Virus record (IMG/VR): IMGVR_UViG_3300017989_002480
Span: 1 to 31,082 of that record
Origin: a virus
Lineage: Duplodnaviria > Caudoviricetes
Length of the DNA stretch: 31,082 bases
Direction: 5' to 3' (one strand)
Of this stretch, positions 17,767-25,063 are shown one piece after another; within the stretch, counting starts at the first letter, position 1; each line of letters starts with the position of its first letter. The translations under genes and the position numbers were made by a program. The notes under the pieces are model-generated. The model saw only the letters and a program-made list of their open reading frames with translations, made no database searches and was not told the origin of the DNA.

Positions 17767-18180
17767 TCATTTCTTTACATTCACCGTCACGACGGAGGCC
17801 GGCCGGATCGTGCGTGTAGCTCGCCGGAATTCGGCCGCCGCCCTTTCGTGTTGCCGTCTCTCGTCCTGGGTAATCGCCAGCATGTTCTCGATCTTTCGGG
17901 CCTGCACCTCGCGGGCGTACCCCTCGATCTGTCCAGGGCTAAGGGTATTCCACCAGTTGCAGAACCGGGCCGCAGCATCGACGTCCTTCTCCATCTCGGA
18001 CGGCCTTAGCCTGTAGCTGTCCAGATCATCGTCAGAAAGATTGACCACGGGTTCGGAGATATTCGATCGTTCGGTCTGTGATAGATCGCCCCACCAGGAT
18101 TCAAAAGAGGCCCTGACCGGGTCCTTTGTTTGGCACCCAGCCAGGGCCACGATTGCCAATGCCAACACGAGCGGTCGCAT
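17767..18180 (-). CDS. Lipoprotein (137 aa)
   Basis: Start reassigned to ATG 18180 (TAATG overlap); MRPLVLALAIVALAG-C is a consensus lipobox. Confidence 0.78.
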   Translation of the reverse strand: MRPLVLALAIVALAGCQTKDPVRASFESWWGDLSQTERSNISEPVVNLSDDDLDSYRLRPSEMEKDVDAAARFCNWWNTLSPGQIEGYAREVQARKIENMLAITQDERRQHERAAAEFRRATRTIRPASVVTVNVKK

Positions 18181-18773
18181 TATTGCCCCGTCTTGAAGAA
18201 CTCCACGATCCGCGCTTTCTTCTCGAAAATCGTGGCCTTCAGATCGTATTTGGGAATGTTTCGTTCCCGTGCCATGCGATCCAACTCGCTCTCGGGCGAC
18301 GCCTCGATGTTCGGGGGAGGGGCGGCCGGGTCCGTGTACCACTTCGGAGCGATCGACTTTACGGCCGCGTTTTTCAACTCCTCGCGAGTCATCGCGCCGC
18401 TTTCAACCACTTCGTCTGGGTCGTACAAGATGGACCCGATTTTGCTCCCGCCCGACGCTTTCGCGGTCGGCTTGTTCTTCAGGATCAGGTACACGATGAT
18501 GTTCTTGTCTTTAATTCGCCGCGATCCGCGAATGGTCAAGGGTTTGCCCGGATTGTCCGGGTCGTTGATCCGCAAGAATGTTGCCTCCGGGATCTTCGCG
18601 CCGGCCGGGGCCTTTGCTGGATCGTCGAAGTACCTGGGACCTACGGATGTCTCGGCCCTCAACCGATGCCAAAACAGCACTCCGTCGGGCTTTGGGGCCT
18701 TCTTTTCCTGCTCGAGTTCCTCATCGCTTTTCTCGAGGTCTTCGAGCTTCTGGCTGGCTGATTTCTTCGCCAT
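18180..18773 (-). CDS. Hypothetical protein with C-terminal HeH/Rho-N-like helical motif
   Basis: ATG 18773 with GGAGG RBS; ends ESELDRMARERNIPKY...KKARIVEFF. Confidence 0.65.
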   Translation of the reverse strand: MAKKSASQKLEDLEKSDEELEQEKKAPKPDGVLFWHRLRAETSVGPRYFDDPAKAPAGAKIPEATFLRINDPDNPGKPLTIRGSRRIKDKNIIVYLILKNKPTAKASGGSKIGSILYDPDEVVESGAMTREELKNAAVKSIAPKWYTDPAAPPPNIEASPESELDRMARERNIPKYDLKATIFEKKARIVEFFKTGQ

Positions 18774-18807
18774 CACTTCCTCCAAGAGTTCTGGAATTGA
18801 CAGGACC

Positions 18808-18833
18808 GCCGGGGCCCCTTACGAGGCCCCGGC
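18808..18833 (-). other. Intergenic 11-bp hairpin with GUAA (GNRA) tetraloop
   Basis: GCCGGGGCCTC-GTAA-GGGGCCCCGGC on the minus strand; no U tract follows. Confidence 0.6.
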
Positions 18834-18845
18834 TCGCTCCAAGCG

Positions 18846-19601
18846 CTAGTCCAGCCACTTCCGGTAGTACTGGATCTGGATACCGTAAACCGTGGCATCC
18901 GCAATTGTGGTCAGGTCGATTTTTGCCTTGATTGCGAGGAAGTCGTCCCCGGGGTCACCGGTTATGGTGCTACCGTCGATCGTCGACCAGGACGTCCAAT
19001 TCAAAACATTGGCCGCCTTGTCGGCCACGGCCGCACCGTCGGTGTCACAGGCATCGTCCGGCTCGCCACTGCCGATGGTCGACGTGTCGACCTTCAGGAC
19101 CTCGTAGGTAAAGACCACAGCCAGGGTGCCGGTGCCTGCACTTTCGGAGTTACTCCATAGTGCACGCAACCGTATGTCTTCGGTCAGGTCGCAATCGTTC
19201 GGAATCGGAAACAAGACCATGACGGCCTCGTCGTCCGCGTCGGTAGTGACGCCCAGAATCCCGGACGTATTGATCTCTACGATCGAGGGGGTGCCATTGC
19301 CGGCGCCCACGACGGTTGAGGTCGTGGTGATACCTCCATCATTCGCAGTCGACACTGCGAAGTGGATCGGGGTGAACGGTACCCATGCGATCGTCCGATC
19401 GATCACGAAGTTCTGGAATCCAGGCGACGCGCTCCGAAGTTGCTCGTGACTGCCGGCAGTCGACGTGCGGGTCGGGGTGATGTCCCCTCCGCTCGCCATC
19501 GGGACGGCAACCAGAGTCAAGAGAGCGGCCAGAATGGCCAGAAGAAAAACGACCCGCGTGTTCCCAGGGGTCTGCTTTATCAGGTTTCTGCACTTCATCA
19601 T
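18846..19601 (-). CDS. Capsid decoration-like jelly-roll protein with N-terminal signal peptide
   Basis: Directly after the MCP; hydrophobic VVFLLAILAALLTLVAVPMASG; beta C-domain with FPIPNDCD...IRLRALW...ATVYGIQIQY. Confidence 0.65.
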   Translation of the reverse strand: MMKCRNLIKQTPGNTRVVFLLAILAALLTLVAVPMASGGDITPTRTSTAGSHEQLRSASPGFQNFVIDRTIAWVPFTPIHFAVSTANDGGITTTSTVVGAGNGTPSIVEINTSGILGVTTDADDEAVMVLFPIPNDCDLTEDIRLRALWSNSESAGTGTLAVVFTYEVLKVDTSTIGSGEPDDACDTDGAAVADKAANVLNWTSWSTIDGSTITGDPGDDFLAIKAKIDLTTIADATVYGIQIQYYRKWLD

Positions 19602-19622
19602 TTTAGTTTTCTCCTCTCAGTT

Positions 19623-19645
19623 AAAACGACAGGTTGACGCTGTCG
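19623..19645 (-). terminator. Intrinsic terminator-like hairpin after the major capsid gene
   Basis: CGACAG-7 nt-CTGTCG followed by TTTT, right after the stop. Confidence 0.55.
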
Positions 19646-20803
19646 CTACTCGTACTTCACGCTCTTGCCCCAGCAGTGCGCGTAGGGCAAGGGCCATTCG
19701 CAGGTGTATTCGCCGACCACCATCACCTCGTCGTAGTCGCCCTTTTTTCCAATCGCCTCGGGGTGGAAGACTCGATCCGCACTCTTGGGACCGACGCCCA
19801 CGAGCTGGTAGCTGCACAACAGCGCGTTGACGTCCATCTCGTCGGTGCTGATGATGTCGATTACCTTACCCTGTACTCTCAGGGCGAAAACGTGCGATCC
19901 GAAAATCGCCTGTGCCAGCTCGGATGCCTCCAGGCGCCCGTAGGGCTGCGCCCACTGATCGATCTGATCGTGCTGGTAGTCGGAGACCGCCAGCATGAAG
20001 GGGCCGGTCGCACCCTTTCGGGTGCACTTCCGGACCATCTGCTGTACGTCCGGGTAACTGATGTTGTCGGATCCGAAGTCCACATAGTTCGTGCCAGCGA
20101 TCCGCTCATAGGCACCGTCGAAACGGCCGGCGGTGTCTTCGCCCGAGCTTGCCTGGTAGTCGGACCACATGATTCGGTACTGCAACTGCTTCTTGAGACT
20201 GACAGCCGCTTCCAGGGTGTATTGGACGATCTTGTCCATGTTGCCCTCGGCGTACTGCTGCATGTAGCGAGCAGAGCCGGAGACCTTCACGGACTCCAAG
20301 AATATGTCGGTGTCGGTCGTAACTTCGGTTGCCTGCTTTACGGGTCCGGCGGTCGGTGAGTTCGAGCTCTCCTCGTACGAGGTGCCGAACACAAACACGT
20401 TGTCGCCGTCGCTGTGTGCGGCGTCGGCCCCCGTGAACTTGGAGCGCGTGCAATCGCTGAAGGTCAGGTAGTCGTCGCTGGTACCAAGCTCGATCGCTTC
20501 GTCGCCGCAAATCACGATATCGCTGGGCCGACAAACCTTGTCGGTCAGGACTACAGTGGTCACTCCTGCAGCGATCCCGCCGTTTAGGGTTGTGCGGGCG
20601 GCCAGATGCTGTTTTTCTTTGTACTTGTAGGCCCGCTGTCCGTAGGGCACCATACCGTCGGCGGTTCGCAGATTCTTCAAGTTCGGCGAGACCATCGACA
20701 GGATGGGGGTTTCCGGCCTCATCTGCAGCGCCATTGTGTTGGCGTATGCCTGATGGAGACCGACCAGCTCGTCGCTGGCAACTCCGTCTCTTACTAACGT
20801 CAT
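19646..20803 (-). CDS. Major capsid protein (HK97 fold, SU10/DUF5309-like) with inserted beta domain
   Basis: Follows the scaffold; PETPILSMV, TDIFLESVKVSGSA, LKKQLQYRIMW, AGRFDGA and KKGDYDEVMVVGEYT match that family's pattern. Confidence 0.88.
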   Translation of the reverse strand: MTLVRDGVASDELVGLHQAYANTMALQMRPETPILSMVSPNLKNLRTADGMVPYGQRAYKYKEKQHLAARTTLNGGIAAGVTTVVLTDKVCRPSDIVICGDEAIELGTSDDYLTFSDCTRSKFTGADAAHSDGDNVFVFGTSYEESSNSPTAGPVKQATEVTTDTDIFLESVKVSGSARYMQQYAEGNMDKIVQYTLEAAVSLKKQLQYRIMWSDYQASSGEDTAGRFDGAYERIAGTNYVDFGSDNISYPDVQQMVRKCTRKGATGPFMLAVSDYQHDQIDQWAQPYGRLEASELAQAIFGSHVFALRVQGKVIDIISTDEMDVNALLCSYQLVGVGPKSADRVFHPEAIGKKGDYDEVMVVGEYTCEWPLPYAHCWGKSVKYE

Positions 20804-20821
20804 GTCAAACTCCTTTGCTTT

Positions 20822-21643
20822 TTACTGCTCCCATTCGATGCCTAGCTTGAGACGCTGGATCTGCGAGTCGATAACCGCGATCTCGCCAGACGAAAGAGTG
20901 CCGTATTTCTGGCCCTCGTCTCGTTTCTTCTCGAGCTTCTCGATTTTTTCGGCGTTCGTCTCAGAGCCTTGGCGCTGATGACCTCCGGCCGCTGCGGGTG
21001 CTGGCGAACCGAACAGGGCAGGTCTGGTCTTCTCCTGATCGGCTAGCCATTGCTCACGGTCGAGATCCTTGTCGGCTTCCTCCGCGAGCTTGAGCTGCTC
21101 GGCGAGGATGGGGCGGTATTCGGGCAGGGCTTTTGATACGGCCTGGACACGGTCGAGATGGTCGATCCGATTCTTGAGCTTCTCCTTCTCCTCTCGCTCC
21201 TTCTTTAAATCGGATTCCAGCTTCTCCTGGGTAGACATCGATTCGCGCTCTTTCGCATCCTTGAACTTCCGGAGATCGGCGAGCTCCTTTTCCATCGCCG
21301 CCTTCTCCTTTTTGAGCGCTGCCTCACTCTTGCCTTTACGCCGTCGGTCCTCGAGTATCTTCTCGAGCTTTTTCTTGTCGACCCGGTCCAGGTCCTCTGG
21401 ATCGTCCAGGTCGTCATCGTCGCTGGCGTCGTCGTCTTTGTCCTTGCCCTTGTCGTCCTTGCCCTTGTCGTCGTCGCCCTTGTCGTCGTCATCGGTGGAG
21501 TCGTCACGCGAACCCCCACCGCCGCCGCCATCGTCTCCTCCGTCGTCGGCGCAGCACGCGATAAGGTCAGCCATCCAGGTCTCCGATCGGTCGTCAAGCG
21601 ACTGTTCGGGGTCGAGACCGTCATGCAGTCCGTTGATTCTCAT
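20822..21643 (-). CDS. Capsid scaffolding protein
   Basis: Acidic low-complexity N-region, long coiled coil with MSTQEKLE and RPALFG, directly before the MCP. Possible second start at 21574 (GGAG RBS). Confidence 0.85.
   Translation of the reverse strand: MRINGLHDGLDPEQSLDDRSETWMADLIACCADDGGDDGGGGGGSRDDSTDDDDKGDDDKGKDDKGKDKDDDASDDDDLDDPEDLDRVDKKKLEKILEDRRRKGKSEAALKKEKAAMEKELADLRKFKDAKERESMSTQEKLESDLKKEREEKEKLKNRIDHLDRVQAVSKALPEYRPILAEQLKLAEEADKDLDREQWLADQEKTRPALFGSPAPAAAGGHQRQGSETNAEKIEKLEKKRDEGQKYGTLSSGEIAVIDSQIQRLKLGIEWEQ
21446..21490. repeat. 15-bp tandem repeat x3 (DDDKG/KDDKG)
   Basis: gcccttgtcgtc(ctt/gtc) units visible inside the scaffold gene. Confidence 0.85.
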
Positions 21644-21701
21644 GTGTTCCTCCGTCCGTCATGCGGAAACAAAAAAAGCCCCGGGTAGCGTCATGCGCTA
21701 C
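21590..21701 (-). promoter_or_regulatory. Array of G-CNUGA-C loop hairpins at the scaffold translation-initiation region
   Basis: GTAGCG-CATGA-CGCTAC (21685-21701), TCCG-CATGA-CGGA (21655-21667), GACTG-CATGA-CGGTC (21616-21630), GTCG-CTTGA-CGAC (21590-21602). Confidence 0.7.
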
Positions 21702-21710
21702 TCCGGGGCT
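21671..21710 (-). terminator. Strong intrinsic terminator directly upstream of scaffold/capsid genes
   Basis: AGCCCCGG(A)GTAGCG-CATGA-CGCTAC-CCGGGGCT followed by a T run. Confidence 0.8.
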
Positions 21711-21740
21711 CGGTTCTTCCGTAGCCTCGCTGGTCTTTAC

Positions 21741-21920
21741 CTACAGACTATCTGAGTCTACGGTCTCCTCTCGGCACACACGGAAGGGATCGCCGGCACG
21801 AAAAGAGACCGTGTACTTGCCGTACCGGCCCTCTCGAAACCATCGCTGAAGATCCTTGAGCACTTTTTCAAGCCGTGTGCGCTCCTCTTGGTTTTTCCTT
21901 CTCTGTCCTGAGTGTTGCAA
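21741..21920 (-). CDS. DUF2292/YezD-like small protein (59 aa)
   Basis: Manual translation MQHSGQRRKNQEERTRLEKVLKDLQRWFREGRYGKYTVSFRAGDPFRVCREETVDSDSL from TTG with a GAGGG RBS. Helix-YG-beta-G-beta-E pattern recalled for DUF2292. Confidence 0.6.
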   Translation of the reverse strand: MQHSGQRRKNQEERTRLEKVLKDLQRWFREGRYGKYTVSFRAGDPFRVCREETVDSDSL

Positions 21921-21936
21921 ACTTTCTGCCCTCTTG

Positions 21937-22476
21937 TCAAGACACTTCTATCAATTCCAGGAACAGGCGCCGCAACTCTTCGAGTTCGTTTCCGTTTACG
22001 CCGACGAATGCCCGGATGTCGTCGTTCTTGGCCGCGATATATGCGTTAGATACCATTTCGCCCTGAGCAAGGTTGACGGTCAGGCCGGCCCCTGTTTTTG
22101 CCTGCTTCTGGTCGATCCTGCCCCTGCCCTTGCCCTCGAACTTCGCTTGCGGCCTCGTGCCCTCAAAGGAAATGGTGGCCTGATAGTTCTTGCCCCGCTT
22201 CCTGTACTTCGCCTTTTGCGAGCGCATCATCTTACCGGTGAGCCGCAGCCAGTAATTTTCTTTCATGCGGCCCGCCCGGCGTTTCCTGCGTTCGTATCCT
22301 GGGCTGTAGGCACGGAACGGCGCGCCCCCTACATCCAGTCCCTTTTTTACGCGCTCGCGAACGAGGAGCATGTAGTGGCCCGCAAGTTTTCGGAGCGTTT
22401 TTCTTTTCGTCCCCGGCTTGAGCAGCGCCCATTTCTGCAGGGCGCGGGTGTCGACATGAAAGTTGAGGTCAATCAC
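21937..22476 (-). CDS. Virion morphogenesis / neck (Mu gpG-like) protein
   Basis: GLDVGGAPFRAYSPGY.RRK, LRLTGKMMRS and RAFVGVN motifs. Confidence 0.72.
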   Translation of the reverse strand: MIDLNFHVDTRALQKWALLKPGTKRKTLRKLAGHYMLLVRERVKKGLDVGGAPFRAYSPGYERRKRRAGRMKENYWLRLTGKMMRSQKAKYRKRGKNYQATISFEGTRPQAKFEGKGRGRIDQKQAKTGAGLTVNLAQGEMVSNAYIAAKNDDIRAFVGVNGNELEELRRLFLELIEVS

Positions 22477-22679
22477 TCATCTCCCCGAACCAATCCGAGT
22501 CCCGCCCATCTTGCAAACGAAGCGATCCCCTTGGCTGCAAATATCGCATGCCTGACCCGCCTGCCTTGCTGGCGGATGCTAGGTACAATCCTCGGATACG
22601 CGAACACGCCCTTTGCTTTTGCTACTTCAATCCTGGCACGCTGGATCGCTTTCTGGATATCCTGCTCGCCCATCGTCAT
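22473..22679 (-). CDS. Hypothetical basic protein
   Basis: Fills the gap with ATGA/GTGA overlaps at both ends. Confidence 0.5.
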   Translation of the reverse strand: MTMGEQDIQKAIQRARIEVAKAKGVFAYPRIVPSIRQQGRRVRHAIFAAKGIASFARWAGLGLVRGDE

Positions 22680-23572
22680 GCCGCAACCCTCGCTTTCATG
22701 ACCCCCGGGATTTTCCCGAACCTGGGGCCCACCGGGTACCTGTTGATCGCCTCCGCCGTTACAAGCGGAACGGCCTCATGTCTGCAGCCATATCCCCCAA
22801 GGCTTTGCGATGGGGGCAGGGGCGTTGATTTCGGGCGTTGCCAAAGATCCTCTTGGCCCCTCGGGGGATAGTGATTGATTCCTTCCAGGGTAAATCTGGT
22901 GCCGACGAACCGGGCACAGAACACACGGTTTCTGTCGTCTCGCGGTCCGTCATACAGAAACCAGTCGACCCCCGCGTCTTTGAAGTGAAGGGTCCGGGTC
23001 GTGGTAAAAAAACTCTGCACCACGTCATCAGCCCGGGTCATCGCCTGGCGCTGTGTGATCTGTAGGTTTCTGCCTATGCGGTCGACCAGATCGTCCCACA
23101 TGACATTGCCAGTCATCGACCGTCTGAGCATGCTTTCGAGTTCTGCGGCTACTTTGGTTTCGTCCGTCAGGATTTGTTTCTGTGCGTCCTGCAGCAAGTT
23201 CTTGATCACGTCTCCCGTGGTCTCTTTGAATTTCACGGGCAAGCCAGACTCTCCGGCTTGCTCGAGAACCTGCTCGGCCAGACTCTTTAGTCCGTCGATT
23301 TGTGTATCCAGCACGTCGCCGAAACCGAACTCTCGGATCTTGGCTTTTAACTCCGGGAGTAACGCCCGGTTGATACGATCGATGTTGAACCGGTTGCGCT
23401 CAAGGATTCGGCCGGTCGTGTCCAGGCTGCCGAGCTCGCGCTGCAGGTATTCTCGGAGTTTTCGAAAAGCGTCATCGAATTCTCGGTTGAGTCTCCGGAC
23501 AGCCGAATCAACGGCTGGGTTGTGGTACGGGCGGGCTATGGCTGCAGTCCCTTCGACACAATGGCCGACCAT
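22676..23572 (-). CDS. Head morphogenesis / minor capsid protein (SPP1 gp7, Mu gpF-like)
   Basis: C-terminal YDGPRDDRNRVFC...GGYGCRH motif; exact start uncertain. Confidence 0.8.
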   Translation of the reverse strand: MVGHCVEGTAAIARPYHNPAVDSAVRRLNREFDDAFRKLREYLQRELGSLDTTGRILERNRFNIDRINRALLPELKAKIREFGFGDVLDTQIDGLKSLAEQVLEQAGESGLPVKFKETTGDVIKNLLQDAQKQILTDETKVAAELESMLRRSMTGNVMWDDLVDRIGRNLQITQRQAMTRADDVVQSFFTTTRTLHFKDAGVDWFLYDGPRDDRNRVFCARFVGTRFTLEGINHYPPRGQEDLWQRPKSTPLPPSQSLGGYGCRHEAVPLVTAEAINRYPVGPRFGKIPGVMKARVAA

Positions 23573-23736
23573 ACGACCATTTCCTGTTTCTGGTATTTAG
23601 AAACGACCTCGCACGCCCTAGCCGCTTTCTCGGCGTCGAGGTACATGGGTACCAACTCGGGAAGTTCCCCGACTTTCTGAAGCGACGCTAGCGATCCCTC
23701 CTCCGGGCCCACGAAATAAACTACCCGTGACTTCAT
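23536..23736 (-). CDS. Hypothetical protein (66 aa)
   Basis: ATG 23736 (MKSRVVYF) with GAGG RBS and ATGA overlap. Confidence 0.5.
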   Translation of the reverse strand: MKSRVVYFVGPEEGSLASLQKVGELPELVPMYLDAEKAARACEVVSKYQKQEMVVWSAIVSKGLQP

Positions 23737-23954
23737 GGCCTCATCTCCTCCCCGCCTTTCTTGTGCGGCGCCAGTATTTCGAGATGGAGCGGGAAGTAGA
23801 TCAGCTCTGCAACTGCTCCGCTCTTGTCCGGTGACGGGACACAAAACCCCGGAGGGGTCATCATCCCAGGTGGCAAGTGGTAGTCAAAGACCAGCAGGGA
23901 GCACAAAGCCTCTTCACGAAACGTCCCGCCCCTGTTCCTCGGAATCCAGACCAT
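23733..23954 (-). CDS. Hypothetical protein
   Basis: TAATG overlap upstream and ATGA overlap downstream. Confidence 0.5.
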   Translation of the reverse strand: MVWIPRNRGGTFREEALCSLLVFDYHLPPGMMTPPGFCVPSPDKSGAVAELIYFPLHLEILAPHKKGGEEMRP

Positions 23955-24337
23955 TACCAGTGCCCCTTCCTGCGCTTTCCCGTTGGTCCGCGACAGCGCA
24001 AAAACATGGCATTGAACATGAGGTCAAAGACAACGAACTCCCAGCCGCGAAGCGGAAAGAGCTGGCCCTCGCGGAACGAGTCAAACCACTCGCGATCGGC
24101 CTCGGTACACTCGGGTTGACCCATAATCATCATGTCGTCGTGAAACTCACGAATCACGAACCTGACCCGGCGTATGACAAACTCTTCGCCCACCCGGAAA
24201 CTCTGTTGCCAATTTCCGATCTGCGCCCTGATGCGTGCCCGGTTGCGTCTGTTGTGAGCCGCGATCATCGAGCGGATCGCCGGCTGACCGTCGGGGCCCA
24301 GGATCATGGGATCATGTAGCTTTACCTTCCCGCTCAT
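23954..24337 (-). CDS. Hypothetical protein with internal duplication
   Basis: SFRVGEEFVIRRVRFVI versus SFREGQLFPLRGWEFVV. Confidence 0.65.
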   Translation of the reverse strand: MSGKVKLHDPMILGPDGQPAIRSMIAAHNRRNRARIRAQIGNWQQSFRVGEEFVIRRVRFVIREFHDDMMIMGQPECTEADREWFDSFREGQLFPLRGWEFVVFDLMFNAMFLRCRGPTGKRRKGHW

Positions 24338-24615
24338 GGCCGCTTGTCCTTGATCCGATCAAATGTGCGCTCCGCGATTTCCATGCGAGCAACAACCACA
24401 TCGACATCATCCCGGATCCCTTCCATCGTGGATCTGGCCCGGTCGCCGAGTTTCTCGATCTGCTTCTCAAATGCCTTTGTATCTGCCTCGACGACAACAC
24501 GCAGATCGCTACGGCTCTTGGGGAGTTGCCTTTGTGCGTAACGCTTGCCCAGGGTAAAAACGGGATATAACAGGCACAGCAACCCAAGAATCGTAACTGA
24601 CTGGATGACGATCAT
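24334..24615 (-). CDS. Membrane-anchored coiled-coil protein
   Basis: ATG 24615 (ATGA overlap); N-terminal hydrophobic helix. Confidence 0.6.
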   Translation of the reverse strand: MIVIQSVTILGLLCLLYPVFTLGKRYAQRQLPKSRSDLRVVVEADTKAFEKQIEKLGDRARSTMEGIRDDVDVVVARMEIAERTFDRIKDKRP

Positions 24616-24980
24616 TTTTTCCACCAACCCCTTTTCCACCAATCCCTTAGTTTTGCGCGTAGGCTTGGGAACAAAATTGCTGCATCAACAAAGTGAGCCC
24701 TGGCACAGGTTGCGTTCACACCTCGCGTGCACTCATAGATCGGGAGGGCATATTCCCTGTACTTGCGCCAAGGCTTCCACGGCCGCGAAAACAGTCTTTC
24801 AGCCCACGGGATGCGAACCCTCTTGGTATCATGACCAACACATTTACCGAGCAAGATCGCTTCATCTCCAATCACCACAACAGAACCTTCTCCGTCTGAT
24901 CCCATTGTCTCGTCAAACGTGATAGTTGTCGCGGCGTCACTCACCACTGACCCCTCCAGGCTTGTTCTCTCGTCCATCAT
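24612..24980 (-). CDS. Hypothetical protein
   Basis: Purine-rich RBS; contains RVRIPWAERLFSRPWKPWRKY. Start may instead be a GTG near 24944. Confidence 0.6.
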   Translation of the reverse strand: MMDERTSLEGSVVSDAATTITFDETMGSDGEGSVVVIGDEAILLGKCVGHDTKRVRIPWAERLFSRPWKPWRKYREYALPIYECTRGVNATCARAHFVDAAILFPSLRAKLRDWWKRGWWKK

Positions 24981-25063
24981 CCTCTTTCTCCTCTCCCCCT
25001 AGATCAACATCCCTGATTATCGGCAAGCCCCACTCGTCGATGCCGGCGAACGGATCAAGGGGC

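Noticed and set aside
17708-17770. 20-codon ORF MIRWFLRLLLQHLYLPEDGG bridging two genes
   Set aside because: Too short to support from sequence alone, although it overlaps the upstream stop.
21590-21701. CRISPR-like mini-array or selenocysteine signal reading of the GCNTGAC repeats
   Set aside because: The conserved core is only 7 nt with variable stems and irregular spacing, and the UGA is out of frame or non-coding.
21911-21940. TTGACA upstream of the DUF2292-like ORF as an internal promoter
   Set aside because: No acceptable -10 at 16-18 nt spacing (CAACAC/AACACT), and the hexamer overlaps a stop codon.
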